Assembly (NCBI GenBank): GCA_046710905.1 | Contig: JBKEHN010000001.1 | Coordinates: 4,930 to 68,929 of the forward strand | Direction of reading: 5' to 3' | DNA length: 64,000 bases | Origin: Colwellia sp. | GTDB taxonomy: Bacteria; Pseudomonadota; Gammaproteobacteria; Enterobacterales; Alteromonadaceae | Notes under the pieces: generated by a model | What the model saw: the letters and a program-made list of their open reading frames with translations, nothing else | Told to the model about the DNA's origin: nothing | The model's database searches: none | Shown: in pieces, positions 53,189 to 62,051 of the stretch | Layout of the letters: each line of letters begins with the position of its first letter | Numbering within the stretch: the stretch's first letter is position 1 | Made by a program: the position numbers and the translations under genes

Positions 53189-54556
53189 TTAGTTAAATCT
53201 AGTTGCTAAGTAATCGAATACAGCACGAATACCAAATGCTTCACCACCTAATGGACGGCCAGATAAATGGCGAACATTAAAGGCCATTACATCAAAATGA
53301 ACCCAATCTGTTTTTTCAACAAAACGTTGCAAGTATAACGCGGCAGTAATAGCACCACCAAAAGGTTGCGCTGGGCAGTTAGTCATATCTGCAATCGTAC
53401 TGTCGAATAAGTTATCGTATGGGCTATAAAGTGGCATACGCCATACCGGATCGCTAATTTTGCTACCCGCTGCAGTAATATCTGTGGCAACTTGATCATT
53501 ATTTGAGAAGAAACCAGGTAATTCAGTACCTAAGGCAACACGCATAGCACCTGTTAAGGTAGCGAAATCTATAATCAAGGTAGGATCATCATTTTCTGCT
53601 TCGGCTAAGGCATCACATAAAACTAAACGACCTTCAGCATCGGTATTATGAATTTCAACCGTTAGTCCTTTACGCGTAGTAACCACATCACCTGGGCGAA
53701 GCGCATTGCTTGATACTGCGTTTTCTACTGCAGGAATTAACACTCGCAAATTAATTGGCAGGTTATGCGCCATAATTAATTGCGCTAGACCTAAAACATG
53801 GGCGGCACCGCCCATATCTTTTTTCATGTTACGCATGCCGGCAGCGGGTTTCATATCTAAACCACCACTATCAAAACAGACTCCTTTACCTACTAAAGTG
53901 ACCAGTGGATTTTTACTATCACCCCAGGTTAAATCAACTAAACGAGGCGTATGAACACTGGCACGACCAACAGCATGAATAGTTGGGTAATTATGAACAA
54001 GTAGTTCATCACCAATGATTTGTTTAACGTCACCATTAAATTGTTCTGCTAGGTTTAATGCCGCTTTGGCGATATCTTCTGGCATCATATCGGCGGCGGG
54101 TGTATTGACTAAGTCACGTGTTAAGGCAGTCGCTTGGGCAAATTTAATAGCACTTGCTACAGTATCAGTATTATTAATTGCTAAACTGGCTAAAACTTTA
54201 GCTGACTTGTTACTAATATATCTATCATATTGATATGCGCCAATTAACCAGCCAAAGCTAATCGCCTCAACATGTTTAGCGTCTGCTTTTAATAAGTATT
54301 GACCTTGGGGTAACTGTTTAATTAAGTCACCACAAGCAAAGAAATCGCTCGCATCGGTAACGACAAATACGGCTTGGTTAATTTTACTTTGGCTATTTGG
54401 GATAAGAGCCAAGCCTTTTCCGGTAAATTGCGTATTTGATAACCAAGCTTTACTCTGTTCATCTTGGTGTGCAAACCAAGTTTGATATGCGGCCTTTTCA
54501 ATGATTATTAATGGTATACCAGTATTTTCTGCGTTCAATAAGTTATTCATGTTCAT
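53189..54556 (-). CDS. M17 leucyl aminopeptidase family protein (PepB-like)
   Basis: GKGVCFDSGG, MKKDMGGAA, NTDAEGRL, DFATLTGA. Confidence 0.95.
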   Translation of the reverse strand: MNMNNLLNAENTGIPLIIIEKAAYQTWFAHQDEQSKAWLSNTQFTGKGLALIPNSQSKINQAVFVVTDASDFFACGDLIKQLPQGQYLLKADAKHVEAISFGWLIGAYQYDRYISNKSAKVLASLAINNTDTVASAIKFAQATALTRDLVNTPAADMMPEDIAKAALNLAEQFNGDVKQIIGDELLVHNYPTIHAVGRASVHTPRLVDLTWGDSKNPLVTLVGKGVCFDSGGLDMKPAAGMRNMKKDMGGAAHVLGLAQLIMAHNLPINLRVLIPAVENAVSSNALRPGDVVTTRKGLTVEIHNTDAEGRLVLCDALAEAENDDPTLIIDFATLTGAMRVALGTELPGFFSNNDQVATDITAAGSKISDPVWRMPLYSPYDNLFDSTIADMTNCPAQPFGGAITAALYLQRFVEKTDWVHFDVMAFNVRHLSGRPLGGEAFGIRAVFDYLATRFN

Positions 54557-54718
54557 CCTTTAGAGCTGTTAGCTAGCTGATGTAATACCTTGATTGTAAC
54601 TCAAGACGACCAGGGAAAAGCGCTATGAGGATAATTATTTGTCACTTTATGATCAATTGTGAACGCAGATGTAAAGTAGGTTAGAGAGTTACCAGTAAAA
54701 GTATTAATACTGGAGTAG

Positions 54719-55435
54719 TTATAACAACACATCTTTTAACGTCACTTCGCCGTTTTTATTCGCTTTACTCATTTGTACCATAAATAATTCAGCGGTAGCA
54801 ATTGCATCGTTTAGTGCATCATGAGCATGGTGTTCAGGTAGTTCAAATTTACAGCGTAAATTAGTTAGACGTAATTCAGAAGGGTCGTAGGCAACATCCC
54901 GTTTATCTAAATGACGCTTAGCAAGTGCTAGCGTATCTATCATCGGAAAGGTCGGTGCCATGCCATAAAGTTCAAGGCAAGCTTCAGTTAAAAACTGTTT
55001 TTCAATACGCGCAAAATGTACCAGCATTACCTTACCTGCTAGGGCTTGCAATAGTGTCTCAACTACGGTGGACAATGCTTGTCCTTGTTCTTTTTGGCTG
55101 TCAGTAATGTGGTGAATAATGACATTACTTTCTTCAAGCTGCGCTTGGGTTTTGATAATTTGATGGTAGCTTGTTTTGAGTGACATTTGTTGTTTTTTAA
55201 GGGTGATAAAGCCAACAGTTAATAACTTATCTTGTTTGGCATCAAGACCGGTTGTTTCAAAATCAACAGCTAATATTTCTACCTTATCGATGGGGGTATC
55301 AATATGAGGCAAAGGCACTAATAAAAAATCTCTTAATGCGCCCGCAGGCGCCTTTTTTAATAGTTGCTTACGTTTGGCTTCATAACCTAAAAGCCAGCCG
55401 AACATTAGTGAGTTTGTTAAGGTAGTACTGGTCAT
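54719..55435 (-). CDS. DEDDh 3'-5' exonuclease (DnaQ-like)
   Basis: VDFETTGL, IDTL, HDALNDA; start overlaps the upstream stop (TAATG). Confidence 0.9.
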   Translation of the reverse strand: MTSTTLTNSLMFGWLLGYEAKRKQLLKKAPAGALRDFLLVPLPHIDTPIDKVEILAVDFETTGLDAKQDKLLTVGFITLKKQQMSLKTSYHQIIKTQAQLEESNVIIHHITDSQKEQGQALSTVVETLLQALAGKVMLVHFARIEKQFLTEACLELYGMAPTFPMIDTLALAKRHLDKRDVAYDPSELRLTNLRCKFELPEHHAHDALNDAIATAELFMVQMSKANKNGEVTLKDVLL

Positions 55436-57309
55436 TAGTAGCTCGATTGCCTGGCGTCTTGTAGGCTTTTAATCACTTTGAAAGCATCTTTAAGGTGTTC
55501 ACGTTCTAACTTCGAAATCTCTTTAGGTGATAAGTAGTTATCAGGAATTTCTCCTCGCATTAATTCTTTCGCTTGGTGTTCAACTCTGAGCATACCTATG
55601 AACTCATAGGCATCAATTAAGTTGTCTGCAGCTTCTCTCGTTAGTGAGTGGGTACCCGCCGCTTGTTGAATTCGCTCTATGGTATTGACCGCACTAATAC
55701 CTTCAGCAAGGGCATAAATTCGTGCTAAATCGACCACTGGTGCGATGCCATTATGTTTTAAATCTAAAGTAGCTCTATGTTTACCACTTTGTTTTAATAC
55801 AAAGTCTCGGAAAAATCCCAGTGGTGGACGTAAGTTTAAGGCGTTTTTAGATAAATGCGCAATAAACAAGGTGTTATTTTGAGTTTTTATCAGTAGTTGT
55901 TTCCTTACGTTGTTAAGTAACGAAACATCACCATAAATTGTATCTAAATCAAAGAAGATACAGCTGTTTAACAGAGCTTTTGGACTAGGTGTATCTACCC
56001 AAGCGGTAAAGTAATTATGCCAGATTTTTTGGGGTTGTCGCCACTTAGGATTAGTGGCCATAATATCACCAGGACAGTAGATAAACCCGCATTCAGCTAA
56101 ACCATCGCAGACAAAGGAAGCGAGGCTTTCAAACCAAGCATCATCATAGGGTTTCATGGAATTACAGATAATAATAGCATTATCTTGATCAGCATGAGCC
56201 AATTGCTCTTGTCTCGCTTGAGATCCCGCCGCAAGCCAAGCGTAAGGTACGGGAGCTTGACCATACCTACCTTCAGCCATTTCAATTAAACGCTTGGTAA
56301 ATACCATAGTAATTGCGCTAATACTTTTACCGACATGGTCAGCACTACTGCCTAATTTTGCTAATCTGATTTGAAGTTTAGGTAAAAATAGGCTTATCTC
56401 TTTTAGCTCAGTGAGCGTATTCGCTTTATGGATAATACTCGATAAGTTAATGGCATTATGACCTTCATTATTAATTAAATCTGTAACGGTAACCATACCA
56501 ACAAGGTTGCCATGTTGGGTAACTGGAAGATGATGAATATGCTTAGCGTTCATCTTTATTAAAGCATCATAGGCACTACTCTTTGCATCGATGCTGCACA
56601 TGTCGTGTGTCATGATTTCACTAATGATTTCACTGGTTGCTAACCCTGTTGCTACGCAACGGCGGCGAATATCTTGATCAGTAACAATGCCAACAGGGTT
56701 CTTATTTTCGACCACCACTAAACAAGAATAGTCTTGTTCATTCATTTGTATCGCCGCTTGCTGTATTGTTTGTTTAGCATCAATAGAGGCAACGGGGGTA
56801 TGGTAGAAGTTACTCACCGACGTATTCATCAAGGTGGAAGATAAAATAGCCTCTTCATTAATCTGACTCATCTTATTTTTTAATCGTTGTGCGGAATTTT
56901 GGCTGAAATAATCACTGATACTGGGAAAACGCTCACCGATATCATACAAGACATCGGCTTCGACACTGTAAATTAAGCAGTCTTCATCGGTATGCACGTT
57001 AAGTTGGTTTTCTATGATGATTTGACGATTATCTAGTGCACTGTTATGACTATGATAAAAGGCATCACACAAGTCGCCTTCACCAAGTCGACTGACCAAT
57101 ACCCCATCAGCTGTTCTGCAGCTAATTGCCCCTTTTCGTAATATGTATAATCTTGGCTCATTAATGTCTTTTGGCGGCAAAGAGTTGTCTTTTCTTACAT
57201 AATTGATACTTAATTCGCGAACTAAGTGCGCTAACACTTGCTTAGGTAAGCTATCAAATGGCGGAATACTATGAATAAAATTACTGATTTCTGAAAGTTT
57301 GGTATCCAT
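55435..57309 (-). CDS. cNMP-binding + CBS pair + DUF294 nucleotidyltransferase protein
   Basis: IPPFDSL cNMP-like N-terminus, GIVTDQDIR and HHLPV CBS motifs, GSQARQEQ...DQDNA NTase motif, CPGDIMATNPKW, PPLGFFRDF. Confidence 0.92.
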   Translation of the reverse strand: MDTKLSEISNFIHSIPPFDSLPKQVLAHLVRELSINYVRKDNSLPPKDINEPRLYILRKGAISCRTADGVLVSRLGEGDLCDAFYHSHNSALDNRQIIIENQLNVHTDEDCLIYSVEADVLYDIGERFPSISDYFSQNSAQRLKNKMSQINEEAILSSTLMNTSVSNFYHTPVASIDAKQTIQQAAIQMNEQDYSCLVVVENKNPVGIVTDQDIRRRCVATGLATSEIISEIMTHDMCSIDAKSSAYDALIKMNAKHIHHLPVTQHGNLVGMVTVTDLINNEGHNAINLSSIIHKANTLTELKEISLFLPKLQIRLAKLGSSADHVGKSISAITMVFTKRLIEMAEGRYGQAPVPYAWLAAGSQARQEQLAHADQDNAIIICNSMKPYDDAWFESLASFVCDGLAECGFIYCPGDIMATNPKWRQPQKIWHNYFTAWVDTPSPKALLNSCIFFDLDTIYGDVSLLNNVRKQLLIKTQNNTLFIAHLSKNALNLRPPLGFFRDFVLKQSGKHRATLDLKHNGIAPVVDLARIYALAEGISAVNTIERIQQAAGTHSLTREAADNLIDAYEFIGMLRVEHQAKELMRGEIPDNYLSPKEISKLEREHLKDAFKVIKSLQDARQSSY

Positions 57310-57342
57310 GCTTTATCCCGCTATTAGGCAGTAGTGATCAAC

Positions 57343-57606
57343 TATACCCGCTATCATTCAAAGTGCAGGATTTCAGTGGGAATTAAAATCTCTTTAGGCA
57401 AGGAAAATAATTTAAGCATAGTCATTCTATGGTTTGATTATTTAACGCCGTATAAAGTGATTTTAAACCCATCAAAGAGGTGCTTGAGTAACATCACTTC
57501 ATCGTTGCTGTGATTTATAAGGGAATTACCCTTATTTCATCACAGCGCCTTGAATTGAAATTGCTCAAGCACTCTGAAACATGCATCTTGAATGGTAACG
57601 GGTATA
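57343..57606. mobile_element. ERIC-like MITE (type A-like ends)
   Basis: TATACCCGCTATCATTCAAAGTGCA ... TGCATCTTGAATGGTAACGGGTATA. Confidence 0.85.
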
Positions 57607-57687
57607 TAAGTAATAGCACTAATTTAGAGTTTTGTGTGCTGTTAGACAAGTGTTATTAGCTAAATCTAGACTAAAGTGTGAGGCATT

Positions 57688-57806
57688 TATACCCGTTCCA
57701 CTTGAAGATGCATGATTCTCCTGAATGACCCTTAATAAAAAAATGTGCCTTGATTATGAATCGCTCAGACTTCCTGAAACGAGCATCTTCAAGTGGAATG
57801 GGTATA
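57688..57806. mobile_element. internally deleted ERIC-like MITE (type A)
   Basis: TATACCCGTTCCACTTGAAGATGC ... GCATCTTCAAGTGGAATGGGTATA; interior is the reverse complement of the left arm of the 34755 copy. Confidence 0.85.
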
Positions 57807-57930
57807 TATAGGGAAAAGCTCGTAGGCGTTTATTGCTTTTATTTCTATAGCAAAAAAGAGAAAATATTAAATAAAGCCGTAATAGACTAAATACTCAGGT
57901 TTCTCTAGCCTGTAAGCTTTTGTTATAATC

Positions 57931-57944
57931 TAGACTAAAGGCTA
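57931..57944. promoter_or_regulatory. CrbR-like box upstream of DUF4212/symporter (a second one at 57667-57680)
   Basis: TAGACTAAAGGCTA and TAGACTAAAGTGTG resemble the 47537 palindrome. Confidence 0.5.
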
Positions 57945-58049
57945 ATACCCCGTCAAAAAAAAGCTTGCTAGATTGTTTAATAGTTAAAGTTGAATATGGA
58001 TTTTTGTCACTATTATCGCTTTTGGTAAGTTTTGACAGAAATCTATATT

Positions 58050-58110
58050 TATACCCAAGCTGCTTCGTGATTCTCGCTGAATCGAGAATATCGAGCTAAC
58101 TTAGGTATTA
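58050..58110. mobile_element. minimal ERIC-like element
   Basis: TATACCCAAG...CTTAGGTATTA ends around an ATTCTCG/CGAGAAT hairpin. Confidence 0.55.
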
Positions 58111-58221
58111 CTTTTACTACTCGATAAATAAAATTATTACTAACTTTCTTATAAGTAAAAGCGTAATAAAGCGAAATGAAAAATAAATCGCTAAAAAACG
58201 CTATGTCGCTAGGAGACTATT

Positions 58222-58473
58222 GTGGAAGAAAATAAAGAAGCATACTGGCAGGAAAATCTGCGTTTGATCTTTATCTGTCTTGCAATCTGGTTCGTTGTTT
58301 CATTTGGTTTAGGTTTACTGTTGGTAGAGCCGCTAAATGAATTTCGTCTAGGTGGGTACAAACTTGGTTTTTGGTTTGCACAGCAAGGTTCAATTTATTC
58401 ATTTTTAGGTTTGATTTTTTGGTATGGTGCCAAAATGAACAAGCTTGATAAAAAATATCACGCGGAGAGCTAA
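58222..58473 (+). CDS. DUF4212 small subunit of solute:sodium symporter
   Basis: YWQENLRLI, LGFWFAQQGSI, MNKLDKKY. Confidence 0.92.
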   Translation: MEENKEAYWQENLRLIFICLAIWFVVSFGLGLLLVEPLNEFRLGGYKLGFWFAQQGSIYSFLGLIFWYGAKMNKLDKKYHAES

Positions 58474-58476
58474 GAG

Positions 58477-60213
58477 ATGGAAGAGTTAAAACTATATACT
58501 TACATCGCAGTATTTGGCACGTTCGCTTTATACTTTGCTATTGCTTGGTGGGCTCGTGCGGGTTCAACCAGTGATTTCTACGTAGCGGGCGGTGGTATTA
58601 CCCCATTACAAAACGGTATGGCAATCGGTGCCGATTGGATGAGTGCAGCATCATTCATCTCAATGGCCGGTATGATTGCCTTTATGGGTTATGGCGGCTC
58701 AGTATTCTTAATGGGTTGGACAGGTGGTTATGTCTTATTAGCATTGCTTTTAGCGCCATACATGCGTAAACATGGTAAGTTTACTGTACCTGAGTTCATC
58801 TTCGATCGTTATTATTCAAAAACAGCACGTATTGTTGCGGTTGCTTGTTTAATCATTGCCTCATTAACTTATATCATCGGTCAAATGAAAGGTGTGGGTG
58901 TTGCTTTCTCTCGCTTCTTAGAAGTTGACTATGCGGTAGGTCTGTACATTGGTATGTTCGTTGTTTGGGTATACGCAGTACTAGGTGGTATGAAAGGTAT
59001 TACTTATACACAAATAGCTCAGTATGTAGTGATGATTTTTGCTTACACAATTCCAGCGGTATTCATTTCATTACAACTTACCGGTAACCCAATTCCACAG
59101 CTAGGTTTAGGTAGTACATTAGCTGATGGTAGTGGTGTTTACTTACTTGATAAGTTAGATATGGTTGTTACTGACTTAGGTTTTAAAGAATACACCACAT
59201 CAAACTTAGGTGGTGGCTTGAATATGTTTGCCTATACCATGTCTCTGATGATTGGTACTGCCGGTCTGCCTCATGTAATCATGCGTTTCTTCACTGTGCC
59301 ATCAGTACAAGCAGCACGTGCTTCAGCGGGTTATGCTTTAGTCTTTATTGGTCTTCTCTACACTGTTGCTCCGGCAGTTGGTGCAATGGCTCGTTTAAAT
59401 CTAATGAATACTATTGAGCCTGTTGCTGGTCAAAATCTTGAGTACGCTGAGCGTCCACAATGGTTTAAAGATTGGGAAAAAACGGGTCTGTTAAAGTATG
59501 AAGACAAAAATGGTGACGGTAAAATTCAGTACACTGCTGATGCAGCAACCAATGAAATGGTTAAAGTTGACCGTGATATTATGGTATTAGCTAACCCTGC
59601 TATTGCGAACTTACCTAACTGGGTGATTGCGCTTGTCGCCGCCGGTGGTTTAGCCGCAGCACTGTCAACAGCAGCTGGCTTGTTATTAGCAATATCCTCA
59701 TCGATCTCGCACGATTTAATGAAAGGTATCTTAACACCAGACATGTCCGAGAAAAATGAGCTATTAGCTGGTCGCGTGGTGATGACCATCGCCATCATTG
59801 TCTCAGGATACTTAGGGCTGAATCCGCCTGGATTTGCCGCAGGTACTGTTGCGCTAGCCTTTGGTTTAGCAGCATCGAGTATCTTCCCGGCATTAATGAT
59901 GGGTATTTTCTCTAAGAAAATGAGTGGTAAAGCAGCGGTTGCCGGTATGGTTTCAGGTATCGGTATCACCATGTTATACGTGTTCCAACACAAAGGTATT
60001 ATGTTTATCCCAGGTACGTCCTTTTTAGGTGGCATGGATAAAGATTGGTTCTTTGGTATCTCTCCTAACGCCTTTGGTTCTGTCGGTGCATTAGTTAACT
60101 TTGCTGTAGCCTTTGCAGTACTTAAAGTAACGGGTCCAGCGCCAGCTCATATCCAAGCAATGGTAGAGAATATGCGTGTTCCTGGAGCTGTTAGCGCAGC
60201 ACACGACCACTAG
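58477..60213 (+). CDS. sodium:solute symporter (ActP/VC2705-like, probable acetate/monocarboxylate permease)
   Basis: FYVAGG, ADWMSAASF, GTAGLPHVIMRFFTV, AAALSTAAGLLL. Confidence 0.92.
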   Translation: MEELKLYTYIAVFGTFALYFAIAWWARAGSTSDFYVAGGGITPLQNGMAIGADWMSAASFISMAGMIAFMGYGGSVFLMGWTGGYVLLALLLAPYMRKHGKFTVPEFIFDRYYSKTARIVAVACLIIASLTYIIGQMKGVGVAFSRFLEVDYAVGLYIGMFVVWVYAVLGGMKGITYTQIAQYVVMIFAYTIPAVFISLQLTGNPIPQLGLGSTLADGSGVYLLDKLDMVVTDLGFKEYTTSNLGGGLNMFAYTMSLMIGTAGLPHVIMRFFTVPSVQAARASAGYALVFIGLLYTVAPAVGAMARLNLMNTIEPVAGQNLEYAERPQWFKDWEKTGLLKYEDKNGDGKIQYTADAATNEMVKVDRDIMVLANPAIANLPNWVIALVAAGGLAAALSTAAGLLLAISSSISHDLMKGILTPDMSEKNELLAGRVVMTIAIIVSGYLGLNPPGFAAGTVALAFGLAASSIFPALMMGIFSKKMSGKAAVAGMVSGIGITMLYVFQHKGIMFIPGTSFLGGMDKDWFFGISPNAFGSVGALVNFAVAFAVLKVTGPAPAHIQAMVENMRVPGAVSAAHDH

Positions 60214-60258
60214 AATATTAAGTGATTAGGCGTGACTTAGCTTACGTCAGATAATATA

Positions 60259-60303
60259 AAGGCTAGATGACAATTTATATAAACCGTCGTCTGGCCTTTT
60301 TTG
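60259..60303 (+). terminator. intrinsic terminator after the symporter gene
   Basis: AAGGCTAGATGAC...GTCGTCTGGCCTTTTTT. Confidence 0.7.
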
Positions 60304-60339
60304 TTAAGCTCTAATTAACGATTAGAAAATAAAATATGG

Positions 60340-60638
60340 TAATACCAAGTTGATTAAGTTCTTTCCCACTCAGCGAGAATTAAAAGGCTTAGAGGCAAGG
60401 CATTGATTGAAGAGAATGATTATTCAGTTGGATAAGCTCCTGCATTCCCTACAGCGTCCTTATAAAAATCAATAACGCAGCATGTAAGCCTTTTAAACTA
60501 GACCTCTGGGAGCTTTCTTGATGCCCACTAACATCGTTAAATTTATTTGATTTAGAATGACTAAACCGAAACAAATTTTCCTTGTTAATGAACATCGAGC
60601 AAGCTCTGAGTTGGGAAGAATTTAATCAAATTGGTATA
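60340..60638. mobile_element. ERIC-like MITE (type B) with shortened AAGGACGC...GCAGGAGC module
   Basis: First about 80 nt nearly identical to the 31642 copy; TAATACCAAGTTGATTAA...TTAATCAAATTGGTATA. Confidence 0.88.
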
Positions 60639-60792
60639 GTTTGATTAATCAATGAGTCTAATTAGTATAGTCCATTAACTAGCCTGAAGAGAACACTGAA
60701 CTTTCGGCAAACGGTATTCAGTTGACCAAACAGTCTTTTTTAATGCTCCAAAATATGATGATTCATATATTCAATAATAAGAAGAAAATTTT

Positions 60793-61233
60793 ATGAATAA
60801 ACACACTAAAATGGCCTTTATGGTTGCGCCTTTTCTCGCTATATTTGGCTTTATTGGCGCCGATCTGTATGAAGAAAATAAGGCGGATGATAGTAAAATA
60901 GTACAACTAGTACCAGAAGGGCATTGTGATATTGTTAATAAAAGTTGCGTACTTCTCTCTGGTGAATTTAAAATAAATGTTTCTGATGAGGCCGGTGTGA
61001 CTGAGGTTAATTCAACGTTTCCACTAGATAGTGCAACACTGTTTTTAGTCGATAAAAGTGACAAGATGACACCATATCCTTTGGGTATGAAAAAAAGCCC
61101 TTATTATTGGCGCAGTAATACACCACTAGGTAGACTTTTGGCTAATCAAGGTGGTAGCTATAAACTACGTTTAATTGTAAAAATTAAGGGTGGTCAATAC
61201 ATTGGTGAGTTTTACACGCAAACAATGCCATAA
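60793..61233 (+). CDS. hypothetical protein with an N-terminal membrane anchor
   Basis: 146 aa clean ORF, hydrophobic N-terminus, paired Cys. Confidence 0.65.
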   Translation: MNKHTKMAFMVAPFLAIFGFIGADLYEENKADDSKIVQLVPEGHCDIVNKSCVLLSGEFKINVSDEAGVTEVNSTFPLDSATLFLVDKSDKMTPYPLGMKKSPYYWRSNTPLGRLLANQGGSYKLRLIVKIKGGQYIGEFYTQTMP

Positions 61234-61890
61234 CCTCGTTATCGGTATTGTTTTAAAGGTAATATTTAGGACATAAACTGTCTGTCACAAGTTTAGTTTA
61301 GCTCAATAAATTAAACTATATGCCTTGTTATCAGTGTCTATAGTTAATAGGCTCTTGGTAAGATAATAATTCAAATGACGAACTTTTAAATAATTACTTT
61401 GTTTGTGTCGTAGAAATAGCGGTAAAGCTTGAGCAAGCCACTGGTTTTTAGCCATTGACTGTTTGGCTGAAATCATCATTATATCTTCTCCTAATATCAA
61501 TCTGCTGGCGACGACATTAAGTCAAACCTTGGCAGATAAAGTTCGTGTAGACTCTACCAGAGAACACTTCAATATTGTCTTTATAAAAGTGAAAGACTCT
61601 CAAGTCGTTGGATTAGATGAGTAGGTAAGCTAGATATGATCTACCCACAACACACTAGTATCTTTAAAAGTGACCATGTTAAGCGCTTTTTAGATTGGTT
61701 TGAGGCACTTGAAGTAGGTATCTCCAAACTTGGCAAGGTAATAAGGTTATTCGTACAGAGTACCTTAGCGTTTAACGGGGTTATTTCTCACCACCATCTC
61801 TTCAAACTATCTATTTCAAAAAACTATTACAACAAGATGAGTCATTAGCCTAAAAATGTCTTACCCACCTATTTTATTCTCTGATATTAC

Positions 61891-62017
61891 TGCACTGTCT
61901 AGGTGCGGTGCCCCATAAACAGTGCACGCTTATAGCTAAATATTTATTAGGGACTACTGTAACTGATTGATATATTTGCTTTATAAAATAATATTAATGA
62001 CTGGCATTTTGCTTGCT
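61891..62017 (+). promoter_or_regulatory. sigma54 promoter with NtrC-like upstream site(s)
   Basis: TGGCAT-N5-TTGCT at 62002-62017; TGCAC-N7-GTGCG at 61891-61907 and a weaker site ending at 61926. Confidence 0.75.
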
Positions 62018-62051
62018 GTATAAAGTTATATACATTTTATAGGATAAAATA

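Noticed and set aside
61300-61850. Short ORFs 61303-61500 and 61636-61848
   Set aside because: Look like remnants of a decayed gene; no motif identified with confidence
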